Virus record (IMG/VR): IMGVR_UViG_3300023174_000038
Span: 1-64,000 of that record
Length of the DNA stretch: 64,000 nucleotides
Strand: one strand, 5' to 3'
Shown here: positions 9,487 to 19,064 of the stretch, in pieces
Numbering within the stretch: the stretch's first letter is position 1
How the letters are laid out: the number at the start of each line of letters is the position of its first letter
The notes under the pieces: model-generated
Databases searched by the model: none
The model's input: only the letters and a program-made list of their open reading frames with translations
What the model was told of the DNA's origin: nothing
Translations under genes and position numbers: made by a program

Positions 9487-10491
9487 TTAAGACTTGTTTT
9501 GTCTAGCACGAATCATTGCTAGAATGTCTTGTGCTTTGTCACTTGATGGTTGTGCTGTTGGAACCTTAATAGATTCGGCTGCAGCCATTGCATCTTCTTC
9601 CCATGGTGCTGAAGTTTCTGCTACGGGGGCGGTTGCGGGTGCTCTAGTTTCAGTAGTAGCTGTTTGTTTTTCCGCGGTTGCTCCTGCAGGTGCTTCTAGT
9701 CCCCAAGGACGATAGTAACTACCCCAACGCTCTAAGTCATATGGTTGACCATCTACACTTGCATCAAACATTTCTTTGATTACACGCAACTCTGCTTCGC
9801 CAGGGCGCTTTGGCAAGAACTCTGCCAAATTGTACAAACCATGTGCTTCAATAGCGGCTTGTTCTGCCTCAGTCAATGCTGACTCTTTACGTGCCCAATT
9901 ACTTGTTGAGTAATCAGCATAGCCACCTTTACTTGTTTTCTTAATGTTCAAATCAAGACCACGCATAAAATCTGTTGGCAATTCTTCCATCTCAGGATCC
10001 ATCAAACTTGCTTTAATGATTGTAAAGATTTGTGGACTGATAATGAATCTACGAATCGGATTAGCCGGTGTCTTATCATCACCAATTGGGTTCTGACGAA
10101 CAAAACCTTGAAACAAATAACTGCGTTTCTTCCAGTATTTGTTTGCTAACTCTTTTAATGTTTCATCTTTATACCAAGGACGAACTTCTGTTAAGATTGG
10201 GCACTGTGCTTTTGGGTCATACATCTCAACGCAAGGTACTTGTACTTCAATACGCTTAACGTTAGGATCACCCTTAACTCCATTGAATGGGAGTTTAATA
10301 ATTTGTCGTTCTACCCAGAAGTATGGGTTATTACTATCTGCATCAGGCAATAGACGTAATGTGGCTGTCGTGCCTTCGTCCATATTCCAGTGGGGGTAGA
10401 TAGAGTTATCTGATTGTTTCTGTGTTGAACCAGAAGTTGATTTGTTTTCTTGTGCCGCAATACGGGCACGAATCTCTGCTAATGATGCCAT
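9487..10491 (-). CDS. gp32: T4 gp32-like single-stranded DNA-binding protein
   Basis: LRLLPD, CPI, KKTSKGGYADYSTS, acidic Ala-rich tail; next to uvsX. Confidence 0.85.
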   Translation of the reverse strand: MASLAEIRARIAAQENKSTSGSTQKQSDNSIYPHWNMDEGTTATLRLLPDADSNNPYFWVERQIIKLPFNGVKGDPNVKRIEVQVPCVEMYDPKAQCPILTEVRPWYKDETLKELANKYWKKRSYLFQGFVRQNPIGDDKTPANPIRRFIISPQIFTIIKASLMDPEMEELPTDFMRGLDLNIKKTSKGGYADYSTSNWARKESALTEAEQAAIEAHGLYNLAEFLPKRPGEAELRVIKEMFDASVDGQPYDLERWGSYYRPWGLEAPAGATAEKQTATTETRAPATAPVAETSAPWEEDAMAAAESIKVPTAQPSSDKAQDILAMIRARQNKS

Positions 10492-10569
10492 GATAAATTT
10501 CCTTATAAATTGAGATGGTCTCGTTTTTAATATTCGCCGCTTCCCTATGAAGCGACTAACACAAGAGTT

Positions 10570-10608
10570 AGTATAGCATGTCTAACTCTCAATGTCAATA
10601 GTATTTAT
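10570..10608 (-). promoter_or_regulatory. gp32 promoter: sigma70 TTGACA-N17-TATACT plus an upstream ATAAATA
   Basis: Minus strand ATAAATACTATTGACATTGAGAGTTAGACATGCTATACT. Confidence 0.7.
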
Positions 10609-10654
10609 CCCTATTGTGGGTAAACACATTTTTTTGTATAGGTTTTTAACCCTT

Positions 10655-12091
10655 TTAGATGTAGGGTAATCCAATGATTTTGTCCAGCATACGTGAATAT
10701 GTTTTATCCAAACTTTCAGTAAACAAGTCAAGTTGATTTTGTACTGGCTGTTCCCACAATTTATGTTTAACAACTGTTAGCCAATTTTCTACTTGTTCTT
10801 TTTTCAATGGAGTATTTTCGTCACCTAAATTATATAACATAGGTGTATATTTTTCTATCATATAATGTATTTGTTCATCTGTATACTGGGTTTCAGGGTT
10901 TTCCAAATCTCTCCAATATGTATTTTTAAATACTTGAATTAATGCAGGTAAATGTTTAGTTATCCATTCATTGTATTTGGGATTACTATACTTTTGTAAA
11001 GGTTTAAATGTTTTACCTTCGGCTAGTTTTCTACCAATCATTTGTTCTGCACCTTTAGTAATATTCTTTTCATCTGCTGGACCTTTAGCCATTTTACTTA
11101 ATATGTCGGCTTGTGGACCTGCACCAGCTGGCTCTTGCATAGTAGAATCGTTTTGTGCTTGCCCTGTCATTTTACTAGTCATTGCAGTAATTAAATTAAG
11201 CTGATCCTCAATTTTATCTTTCATATCAGAAACTGTCTGTGCATCTTGTTGTGCACCGGCTCTTAATTGATAGGTAATGTCTTTTTCTTTTTGTACAGCC
11301 GCTAACTGTTTTTTTACATTATTCATTTCATTACCAAAATCTTTAATTTGATTTTCATAACCTTTAACTATTTCAGAATATTTTTGAATTTCTCCGGCGT
11401 GTGTTTTTTGCAGGTTACCCAATTGACCTGCTTTCTTGTTAATATATTTTACAAATCTACCTTCTTTTGCATTCAAATCGTCCTGAGTTTTTTGTAACTG
11501 GTTTTCCAATCTCTGATATAACTCATCTCCGATATTTTTTTGTTTGTTTAATGTGACTATTAAAGTATTTACTTTTGCCAAATCTTTATCGTCAATAGAA
11601 GGATTGTTGGAAATTTGTTTAATTTGTGCTTCTATATTTCTAAACTTTTCTGGATCCATTCCAGGTTTATTTTTTAATATTTCTAAATCTTTTTGCAATT
11701 TTTCTAAATCATCGGCACTTACTTTTGCTTTTTGTTGTGTTTTAGCACCGCCGGTTGTTAATGTACCACTCAGTTGTTTTAATCTAGCAACTTCACGATC
11801 CGTTTCAATAGATTGTCTTTCAAAATCTTGTAACTCTTGATCCAAATCATCCACTGCACCTCTTAAACGTTCATTCTCACGTTTTTGAGTATCAATTAAT
11901 TTATTTTGAGTTGAATCAGTTTTTTCCTGAGTAGACATTTGGTCAGCAATATACAATGTCAATGCTTGTTGGCTATCATAACCAGGATATTTATTTCTAG
12001 CTCTGTATATTAAATCTTTATCAACCGGCAAACCTCTAACAGTACCTGTATTGGTTTCACGGTCTTCATTTAATAATGATGAAATTTTCAT
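10655..12091 (-). CDS. Coiled-coil protein, possible internal head protein
   Basis: 478 aa, K/Q/E-rich heptads, N-terminus MKISSLLNE. Confidence 0.7.
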   Translation of the reverse strand: MKISSLLNEDRETNTGTVRGLPVDKDLIYRARNKYPGYDSQQALTLYIADQMSTQEKTDSTQNKLIDTQKRENERLRGAVDDLDQELQDFERQSIETDREVARLKQLSGTLTTGGAKTQQKAKVSADDLEKLQKDLEILKNKPGMDPEKFRNIEAQIKQISNNPSIDDKDLAKVNTLIVTLNKQKNIGDELYQRLENQLQKTQDDLNAKEGRFVKYINKKAGQLGNLQKTHAGEIQKYSEIVKGYENQIKDFGNEMNNVKKQLAAVQKEKDITYQLRAGAQQDAQTVSDMKDKIEDQLNLITAMTSKMTGQAQNDSTMQEPAGAGPQADILSKMAKGPADEKNITKGAEQMIGRKLAEGKTFKPLQKYSNPKYNEWITKHLPALIQVFKNTYWRDLENPETQYTDEQIHYMIEKYTPMLYNLGDENTPLKKEQVENWLTVVKHKLWEQPVQNQLDLFTESLDKTYSRMLDKIIGLPYI

Positions 12092-13983
12092 TTTTTAATT
12101 CCAGCAATGTTTAATATTCTTGCTAAGTCATCGGAACCTTCGGCTACAGTCTCATTAGTTAACGGTGTATCTAATTTCTTAACAGGAGGTTTTGGAGTAG
12201 GATAGTATGCAGATTTAGCACGTTTATCAGTACCTTTGATTTTAGGATTGTCTACTCTAGGATTTACATGTTTCCATGGGTCAAGAGCATCATTATCTTT
12301 CTCTTCACCTTCACCAACTAGATCACCAATTGTTGCTGGCTTGTTAGCTTTAGGACCTTTATTACGCCATTGTCCTGCTTCCCCTGTAGCATAGTCACCC
12401 GCAAACTCACCATCTTCTGTTACAGGTTCTTCTTTACTGCTATACTTGGCACGAATATTTTGCATTGTTTTCTCACTAGCATCTTCTTGTCCGGCTTTAC
12501 GTAGTGCATCCATACCATCTTTACCATACTTCTTGTCACCCAAGTATGCCTGCAATGCACTTTCTTCAACTTCATCTTCTTCTATGGTACTCATACGTTT
12601 TTTCAACGCTGCCATACCGGCTGGACTTGTCATATTTTTTTCATCAGCTTTGGCTAAATCTTGTTTAGTAACTTTCCAATCACCACCTGGTTGCTTGCGT
12701 TGTACAGCCGGTGTGTTGATTTTTTGGTCAGCTTGATGTGCGGCGTCTAAAGCCTCATCAACTGGTTTATCTTTAGGTTCAGGTTTTTTACCAGTTTGTG
12801 GTACGCCGGCTGATTTTTGTAATTTTTTAATTAGGTCTTCTTCACTACCACCACCTAATTTGTCAAATACTTTACTTCCGACTTTCTTAACTGTATCTAA
12901 TATACCTTCATCTAAATCTTCCTCTTCAGGAATACCAGCTGGATTAAGAGCCTGTTGACCACCGTCACCTTCTTCTAAAGCAACTTCAGTTAAACTATCA
13001 GCCCATTCACTTAACTCATTAACTTCTTTCATCTCAGCTACTTTCTTGTGTAGCTTATTCAATATTGGCATTACACTTTCAATACGTGGATCTAATGTTT
13101 CTTGTACAAACAACTCATTCAAGTTATTTTCTTCACTTTCATCTTCCATTAATGGCGGAGTATATGATTCAAAGTACGCATTGTACCCACGTGCACCACG
13201 CATCTTGCTTAACGATTCTCTTAAACTTTGATAGTGGTTAATGCCTTCATTAACTAACTGTTGTGCTGATTCGTTAAACTGATTATTACGTGTAGCACGA
13301 ACAAATGCACCCATCTTATTGTATTCTTCACATAGACCGATAATATGATTCCAACGGTCATCATGTGGCATACCGCCTTCAGCTAAATGTCGGGCATATA
13401 CCTGAGCAACTCCGGGCTTAGTTGTAGGAGCAAGAATTCTTTCACCTTGTGTGTTCTCTAAGAAGATACGGTTTACATTACGATAACGTTGTTCACCCTC
13501 TTCAATTTGACGACTATGTTCAATAACAATCTTAACTGTTGGAATATTGTCATTATAACTGGCTTTCTTACCCATTGGATAGTAACCTTCTGATATTCTT
13601 TCTTGCTTTTTCATATGTTCCCTTTTTGCCATATCATATTTTAAATGGTCTCTGTTTTTAACTTCAAAACTTAATTGATGTTGCTGTGCAAAACGCTTTA
13701 GATGATTCAATAGTTTGTACCATGAGTCATCACCACCATTATCTTCTTTTTCACTATTGGCAACATCATCACCAAAGTAAATTATCAACTTATGTAATCC
13801 ATCAATAGATGCTGTTACTGTGCCATATTCTTCCCCGTCTTTAGTAAACTTAAACTGAAAGACTTCTGCTTCTTCTGGAACTGGAATTTCCTTACCAGAA
13901 GTATCTAATAGAGTCGGGGCATACCCTCTACTACGTAATAGCTCAAATAATGAGCGGTTAATTGATTCTTGATTTTTAGCCAT
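12088..13983 (-). CDS. Putative head/core-associated protein
   Basis: 631 aa; many (L/I/V)xE motifs in the low-complexity C-terminal half; ends DLARILNIAGIKK; ATAAATA just upstream; follows the terminase. Confidence 0.65.
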   Translation of the reverse strand: MAKNQESINRSLFELLRSRGYAPTLLDTSGKEIPVPEEAEVFQFKFTKDGEEYGTVTASIDGLHKLIIYFGDDVANSEKEDNGGDDSWYKLLNHLKRFAQQHQLSFEVKNRDHLKYDMAKREHMKKQERISEGYYPMGKKASYNDNIPTVKIVIEHSRQIEEGEQRYRNVNRIFLENTQGERILAPTTKPGVAQVYARHLAEGGMPHDDRWNHIIGLCEEYNKMGAFVRATRNNQFNESAQQLVNEGINHYQSLRESLSKMRGARGYNAYFESYTPPLMEDESEENNLNELFVQETLDPRIESVMPILNKLHKKVAEMKEVNELSEWADSLTEVALEEGDGGQQALNPAGIPEEEDLDEGILDTVKKVGSKVFDKLGGGSEEDLIKKLQKSAGVPQTGKKPEPKDKPVDEALDAAHQADQKINTPAVQRKQPGGDWKVTKQDLAKADEKNMTSPAGMAALKKRMSTIEEDEVEESALQAYLGDKKYGKDGMDALRKAGQEDASEKTMQNIRAKYSSKEEPVTEDGEFAGDYATGEAGQWRNKGPKANKPATIGDLVGEGEEKDNDALDPWKHVNPRVDNPKIKGTDKRAKSAYYPTPKPPVKKLDTPLTNETVAEGSDDLARILNIAGIKK

Positions 13984-14004
13984 ATTGTATTTATCTTTTT
14001 TGTC

Positions 14005-15552
14005 TTAGCTTATGACCGCAAAGAAGGGTAAAGGAGCTATATACTCATCATGGTCACGTATCTGTGTCTCTAAATTCACATGATAATCACTTAAATGCTG
14101 TAACATACGTGTTACTAATAAGCTAGCCATAATCAAATCGTCGGTATCACCTATTTTAGCAGCATAACTACCACCATGTGCTACAAATGCTTTTAGTTCA
14201 CTTATAAGACTACGACTATTTACAGTCATTTTCTTGCTCTCAACCAATGTTTTGAACTTAGCACAACTTGCTAGTTTACTTTTATTAGTTGTGTTAAATC
14301 CTCTACGTCCTTTGCCTGCTTCACTAATAAAGATGCCCGGGATATTGCTTTCGCCGTATTCGTTTAATGATATGATAGCGGCTTCCCCTATACCATTACA
14401 TTCTATACTGTAATAGATGTTATTGGGTTCATTTGTACATTCTGCTATGTATTTGCTTATTTGTGCTAAGAGTTTAATCTGACTAGGGATATCTGTTTTA
14501 TTATGTTTCCATTCACCAACTTGGGTAGTAGTGTTTGCTTCAAAAATTTGTATTGCTGACGGATCACCGCCTGTACCAAGACTTGGATCTAATCCTATAC
14601 AATAGATATTACCTTTCTTTGGCTTTTCATACCACCGAACTTGTCCTATACGACTAACAGGTTCTATACCTTCCATAGCTATCAATGTGTTAGGATTAAT
14701 CAATGTCTCATCGGCAATAATAAATTCGCACCCAATTTCTCGGTTGAAACGATCCTCGCCGAGCTGTGCTTTCATTTCGTCAGCCCACTTTTGGTCTCGT
14801 CCTGGTTGCTCACTCCAATGCGCTCTATATGCTCTAAATCCGTTAACACCAATCTCAGTGGTATTGCCAAAATCATCTTCAGTCTTGTTAGCACCTTTCC
14901 AAATATAAGCAAATTGATCCTCATCACTATTTGGTGTGCTTGTGATAATAGCTTTACCACCAGTACTTAGTGTTGGTGTAATAGCTGTCCAGAATTCTTT
15001 AGCGATACTTGGGCGAACGAACGCAAACTCATCCAAGTATAATAGAGTAATAGACATACCACGACCTGTATTTTCAGTTGTTGTAGCTGAAACTATACGA
15101 GATCCATTCTCAAAGTCTAATGACCCTTTATTGTATGTTGTTACACCTGCTTTAATGTAATCAGGACAGTTTTCATATGCATATCGTATCCGTTGCATAA
15201 TCTCCTGTGCACCTGTATATTTGTGTGCCGCAACTAAGATAGTAGAGTCCGGAACAAACATTGCATACCAAAGTAGGTAACCGGCTGCACTTGTTGATTT
15301 ACCTGATTGTCGTGGCATCAAACTAATTGAAAATCTATAGTTATGATAGGTTTCAATTAATCGTGTTTGATAAGCCCAAGGGTGATAGACCATACTACCT
15401 TTAGTAGGATGCTGTATTATAAAAAAGTTATCCATGAAGTATAGATAACCTGTAACAGGATCACAACATTTGATAAAATCCTGTAGTTCTTTATCAGTTT
15501 TGAAAACTGTTTTAGTATAAGGATTTTTTACTAGTGAAGGGGCATTACTCAT
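14005..15552 (-). CDS. terL: Terminase large subunit (T4 gp17-like)
   Basis: PRQSGKST, LYLDEFAF, ITSTPN, nuclease motifs GLDPSLG and DDLIMA. Confidence 0.95.
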   Translation of the reverse strand: MSNAPSLVKNPYTKTVFKTDKELQDFIKCCDPVTGYLYFMDNFFIIQHPTKGSMVYHPWAYQTRLIETYHNYRFSISLMPRQSGKSTSAAGYLLWYAMFVPDSTILVAAHKYTGAQEIMQRIRYAYENCPDYIKAGVTTYNKGSLDFENGSRIVSATTTENTGRGMSITLLYLDEFAFVRPSIAKEFWTAITPTLSTGGKAIITSTPNSDEDQFAYIWKGANKTEDDFGNTTEIGVNGFRAYRAHWSEQPGRDQKWADEMKAQLGEDRFNREIGCEFIIADETLINPNTLIAMEGIEPVSRIGQVRWYEKPKKGNIYCIGLDPSLGTGGDPSAIQIFEANTTTQVGEWKHNKTDIPSQIKLLAQISKYIAECTNEPNNIYYSIECNGIGEAAIISLNEYGESNIPGIFISEAGKGRRGFNTTNKSKLASCAKFKTLVESKKMTVNSRSLISELKAFVAHGGSYAAKIGDTDDLIMASLLVTRMLQHLSDYHVNLETQIRDHDEYIAPLPFFAVIS

Positions 15553-15588
15553 AACAAGTATTTATATGAGCAACTTAGGAATAGTATT

Positions 15589-15611
15589 AAAAAGCACTCC
15601 TAAGAGTGCTT
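15589..15611 (-). terminator. Intrinsic terminator
   Basis: AAGCACTC-TTAG-GAGTGCTT-TTT. Confidence 0.75.
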
Positions 15612-15615
15612 GATG

Positions 15616-16332
15616 TTATTTGATATCTAAAGGTCTTTGTTTAGTAGCAACAAGACAATAAAACTTCTCATTCATTGTAGTAAATGAACTAGGATTATTG
15701 TTATCTATAGCAACAGACTGCTCTGTTGGTACATTAATTTCAAATTCAAAATTATCAAATTGATTGATAACAAATCCACAACGATCCAATAGTGCGGCTA
15801 ATTGCTGTTCTCCAAAAATACTATAATGATTCAAATTCCATTCATGTTTACGCTCACTATCGGGAGCAGGGACTTCAATATATAATTTACCAAATTGCTT
15901 AAGAACACGATTATATTCCATTAAACTGAATATAGGATATGGACTATGCTCTAATGCTTGACGTAAAAAGATGAAGTCTACACTTTCGTCATAATATCCA
16001 TCTTTTTGTGGTAAAAAACTTAAATCATATTTTTTAATTGTATGACCTTTATCTTCACAAATTTTAATATCACCTGGACTTAATGTAACCCCAGTAAGAT
16101 CGGTGTACCCGCGTTCTTTCATTTCATCCAAGAAATAACCAGGACCACAACCTAAATCAAGAATTTTTGCATCTTTTTTTATTTCAAGGGGGTCAATATA
16201 TTTTTCAACAACAGATTTGGTAAGTGCTGAATGCATTTGGCTATCACCCTCATCATATATATGAGCTGTGTATAGCCATTCGTTGTAAAATTTAAGCTTA
16301 ACTAAGTCTAGTGTATTATTAATATCAATCAT
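15616..16332 (-). CDS. Class I SAM-dependent methyltransferase
   Basis: ILDLGCGPG, ALEHSPYP, RVLKQFG.LYIEVP. Confidence 0.85.
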   Translation of the reverse strand: MIDINNTLDLVKLKFYNEWLYTAHIYDEGDSQMHSALTKSVVEKYIDPLEIKKDAKILDLGCGPGYFLDEMKERGYTDLTGVTLSPGDIKICEDKGHTIKKYDLSFLPQKDGYYDESVDFIFLRQALEHSPYPIFSLMEYNRVLKQFGKLYIEVPAPDSERKHEWNLNHYSIFGEQQLAALLDRCGFVINQFDNFEFEINVPTEQSVAIDNNNPSSFTTMNEKFYCLVATKQRPLDIK

Positions 16333-16384
16333 TTAAATCCCTGTAATTTGATATAATTACTTATACTGATTGATATAGCTCAAA

Positions 16385-16762
16385 TTATTTTCTTTTATAG
16401 CCTTTAAAAGCCTTGTGCGGACTTACTTTATTAGTATCTTCTGGTTCCATACTTCTATGGTCACGTACTAGTGTAGTAGCATCGCTAGGAGATACTGTAT
16501 TAAACGCTTGTTTCATCATTGTATGCTCTGCTTCTGTATATGGGTATGCCATATTATTTTTACCAGCAAAACTCTCATGATCCATATCTAATGATTTGGT
16601 ACTTTTGCCGTCAGCCATTGCAGCTGCCTTCATTATTTGATTTAAATGATATATTCTATCAGTACCATCATCACGAAATTTATAGGCGCCTTGTGTAGCG
16701 GATGCATGATGAGAATGCATCTTACCGCTCTTACCTTCAGTTACAAATTCAATCGCTCTCAT
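16385..16762 (-). CDS. Putative internal head protein, paralog A
   Basis: N-terminus MRAIEFVTE, C-terminus FKGYKRK. Confidence 0.7.
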   Translation of the reverse strand: MRAIEFVTEGKSGKMHSHHASATQGAYKFRDDGTDRIYHLNQIMKAAAMADGKSTKSLDMDHESFAGKNNMAYPYTEAEHTMMKQAFNTVSPSDATTLVRDHRSMEPEDTNKVSPHKAFKGYKRK

Positions 16763-17154
16763 TTTCTTTTATATCCTTTAAAGGGATTTATTGGACTAGA
16801 TTTAACAACATCAACTGCTTCTTCACTCTTATTAGTGCTGATTAATTTTTTACCACCGACTACACCTGTTTCACGCATAGCATAGTCAATATCTTTATCA
16901 ATATCTCCATCCATATATGATGAAACAATCATATTCTCTCCCCATGGAGTTTCTTTTTCAAAGTTATAAGGTGGAATACTATCTTGTTCTCTGTCTATTT
17001 GACCACGAGCTCCAGCCATTGCCACACCAAACCGATATTGTTTATAAAAATCACTATTAGGTAATCCAGGAATAATGTATGTTCCTGGCAAGGCTCTAGA
17101 CACATCAACTGACAATGCCGCTCTTTGCTCTGTAATAAATTCTTTTGCTCGCAT
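16759..17154 (-). CDS. Putative internal head protein, paralog B
   Basis: N-terminus MRAKEFITE, C-terminus FKGYKRK. Confidence 0.7.
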   Translation of the reverse strand: MRAKEFITEQRAALSVDVSRALPGTYIIPGLPNSDFYKQYRFGVAMAGARGQIDREQDSIPPYNFEKETPWGENMIVSSYMDGDIDKDIDYAMRETGVVGGKKLISTNKSEEAVDVVKSSPINPFKGYKRK

Positions 17155-18032
17155 TAGCTTTCCGTTGTTAGTATTAAATTATCTTCAGTTCCCATTAGAT
17201 AATTATTAGCATATCCGTCTAATGCAATCTCAGCACCCTGTATATCAACTGGTATAGGATATGTCACAAATGCTGATATAAAATGTTCTATACCTATATC
17301 TGCTAAAGGATTAATTAAAATTCGTACATTACCATTGGCAACATCCATGTCATATCTACAAATAGCATTACCCTCAAACAACGTTGAATGTCCACTAAAT
17401 CTTACACCAGCAAGATTATTAGTAATACTTGCAGTAAGAGTAATATCTTGCATGTCAGGTGTACCACCGTCACTTGAACGAATTTGAAAATCACCTTGAT
17501 AAAAACGTACTATAGGAACTTCAAATATAACTTGATTTGCAGCTGGACCCAATGTGTACGCAGTAGCAGTGGTCGTAGTAGTAAGAAATAGATTACTAAA
17601 GTTATTGTTAATCTTATAGAAAGCTGTTCTTAATGGATCACCGTTACCGTCGTTAGGACTTTCACCAATATTAATGTATTCTTGGTTACCGTACGGACCA
17701 AATGTTAATGAATTAGTATCAACTACGTCACCTAACGTAAGTGTAGTAGGCCCTGCTGGTTTTGTAACTCTTTGTTTTTGTCTAATTAGTACCGGATTAT
17801 TTGCCCTACTATCAAATCTATTAGTAATATAAACATTACCAATGTTAAGATTGTTGGTATTACCCGTATTAGATTGAGTTGTAGGATTGATTACTTCAAC
17901 TACTGTAGGTGAATTTGTATCGGTGGTTGGAAAAGAAAACAAATTATTAGCTACATTAGCAAAAGCCGTACTTAATGGATCTGCGTTACCATCGTTTGGT
18001 TGACTACCTGTATTAATAAATTCTTGTGACAT
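17154..18032 (-). CDS. Virion protein with two gp9/gp10-like N-terminal motifs
   Basis: INTGSQPNDGNADPL and INIGESPNDGNGDPLRTAFYKINNNF; ATG 18032 lies downstream of ATAAATA (track start 18095). Confidence 0.7.
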   Translation of the reverse strand: MSQEFINTGSQPNDGNADPLSTAFANVANNLFSFPTTDTNSPTVVEVINPTTQSNTGNTNNLNIGNVYITNRFDSRANNPVLIRQKQRVTKPAGPTTLTLGDVVDTNSLTFGPYGNQEYINIGESPNDGNGDPLRTAFYKINNNFSNLFLTTTTTATAYTLGPAANQVIFEVPIVRFYQGDFQIRSSDGGTPDMQDITLTASITNNLAGVRFSGHSTLFEGNAICRYDMDVANGNVRILINPLADIGIEHFISAFVTYPIPVDIQGAEIALDGYANNYLMGTEDNLILTTES

Positions 18033-18060
18033 GTAAAATCCTAGACCTATATAGTATTTA

Positions 18061-18321
18061 TCAAAAGCCGAACCAATTCTTCTTTGGGGCTTCAATAACT
18101 ATAGGGGTTTTACTACGTTGAATCTCTTGTAATGCTCTAATTGCTTCCATTTTAACTTGGTTGTCTGAACTCTTTGTCATTTCAATCAATACTGAAATCC
18201 TTGCGGCTTCACTCATAGTGGCGTCTCTACTTATGGATTTTTGTGCTTCTAAATATAACTCAAAGTCATTATTGGTGGCACAGCCGGCTAACAATACACT
18301 CAATAATATCAAATACTTCAT
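18061..18321 (-). CDS. Lipoprotein
   Basis: Lipobox LLAGC after MKYLILLSV. Confidence 0.75.
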   Translation of the reverse strand: MKYLILLSVLLAGCATNNDFELYLEAQKSISRDATMSEAARISVLIEMTKSSDNQVKMEAIRALQEIQRSKTPIVIEAPKKNWFGF

Positions 18322-18330
18322 AATATGCTA

Positions 18331-18591
18331 TTATTTTACGTTATCAAATATCTTTTTCTGTTCGTTATACCAATCTTGCCATCCATCTACTTTAGTTGAA
18401 CATTCATAGTAAAGTGAATAGTTATGTACAATAACTTTAAGCATTTCCGTAATAGCTACTTTATCACCTTCAATTTTTTTAAGACTTTCGCATTTCTTCA
18501 TTAATTCAGGGGTAGCATTGGGGAATTTTTGTTTAACAGGAACTACGGTTGAGCATCCGGCTAATAATAGAAGTATTAATAGATATTTCAT
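18331..18591 (-). CDS. Putative o-spanin (Rz1-like lipoprotein)
   Basis: Lipobox LAGC, P..P.LM..C..L pattern, NY..Y..C; overlaps the i-spanin stop. Confidence 0.7.
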   Translation of the reverse strand: MKYLLILLLLAGCSTVVPVKQKFPNATPELMKKCESLKKIEGDKVAITEMLKVIVHNYSLYYECSTKVDGWQDWYNEQKKIFDNVK

Positions 18592-19046
18592 TTTGTAGCC
18601 GCCTTATTCAACTCAGTAGCTTGGTTATGCAAATCTATGATTTCTTTAGGAACGGGACAATTTTCAATATACTTGATAACTTCCTCTTTCTTAACTACTT
18701 CTTTATCAATATACTTGATAACATCACGACCTTTTTCACGGATAACTTTAGTCTTTTCTACAATCTTTTCTTGGATTTCAATGTTCTTATTAGCAGATTG
18801 TACTTCAGCTTGAGCCATTTTAGCTTCCATCTCTTTGACTTTAAGTTCCCACTCTTTATAGTCGGCTAATCCGCCCTCAAGATAAACGCCAAAGACAAGT
18901 ACAATAATGCTACATATTTGTATAGCAAATTGATATGTTTTGACAAAAGGAATGAATCCTAGGACGAATCCTGCTATTGTGCCCAAAATACCTAATCCAA
19001 AGATTATATGTATTGCGGCGTCGGGTAGTAATGATAGTATCCACAT
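18588..19046 (-). CDS. Putative i-spanin (Rz-like)
   Basis: N-terminal TM segments, periplasmic coiled coil, C-terminal C.VP..II.LHN. Confidence 0.65.
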   Translation of the reverse strand: MWILSLLPDAAIHIIFGLGILGTIAGFVLGFIPFVKTYQFAIQICSIIVLVFGVYLEGGLADYKEWELKVKEMEAKMAQAEVQSANKNIEIQEKIVEKTKVIREKGRDVIKYIDKEVVKKEEVIKYIENCPVPKEIIDLHNQATELNKAATK

Positions 19047-19064
19047 AGTACCCTTATTTATGCT

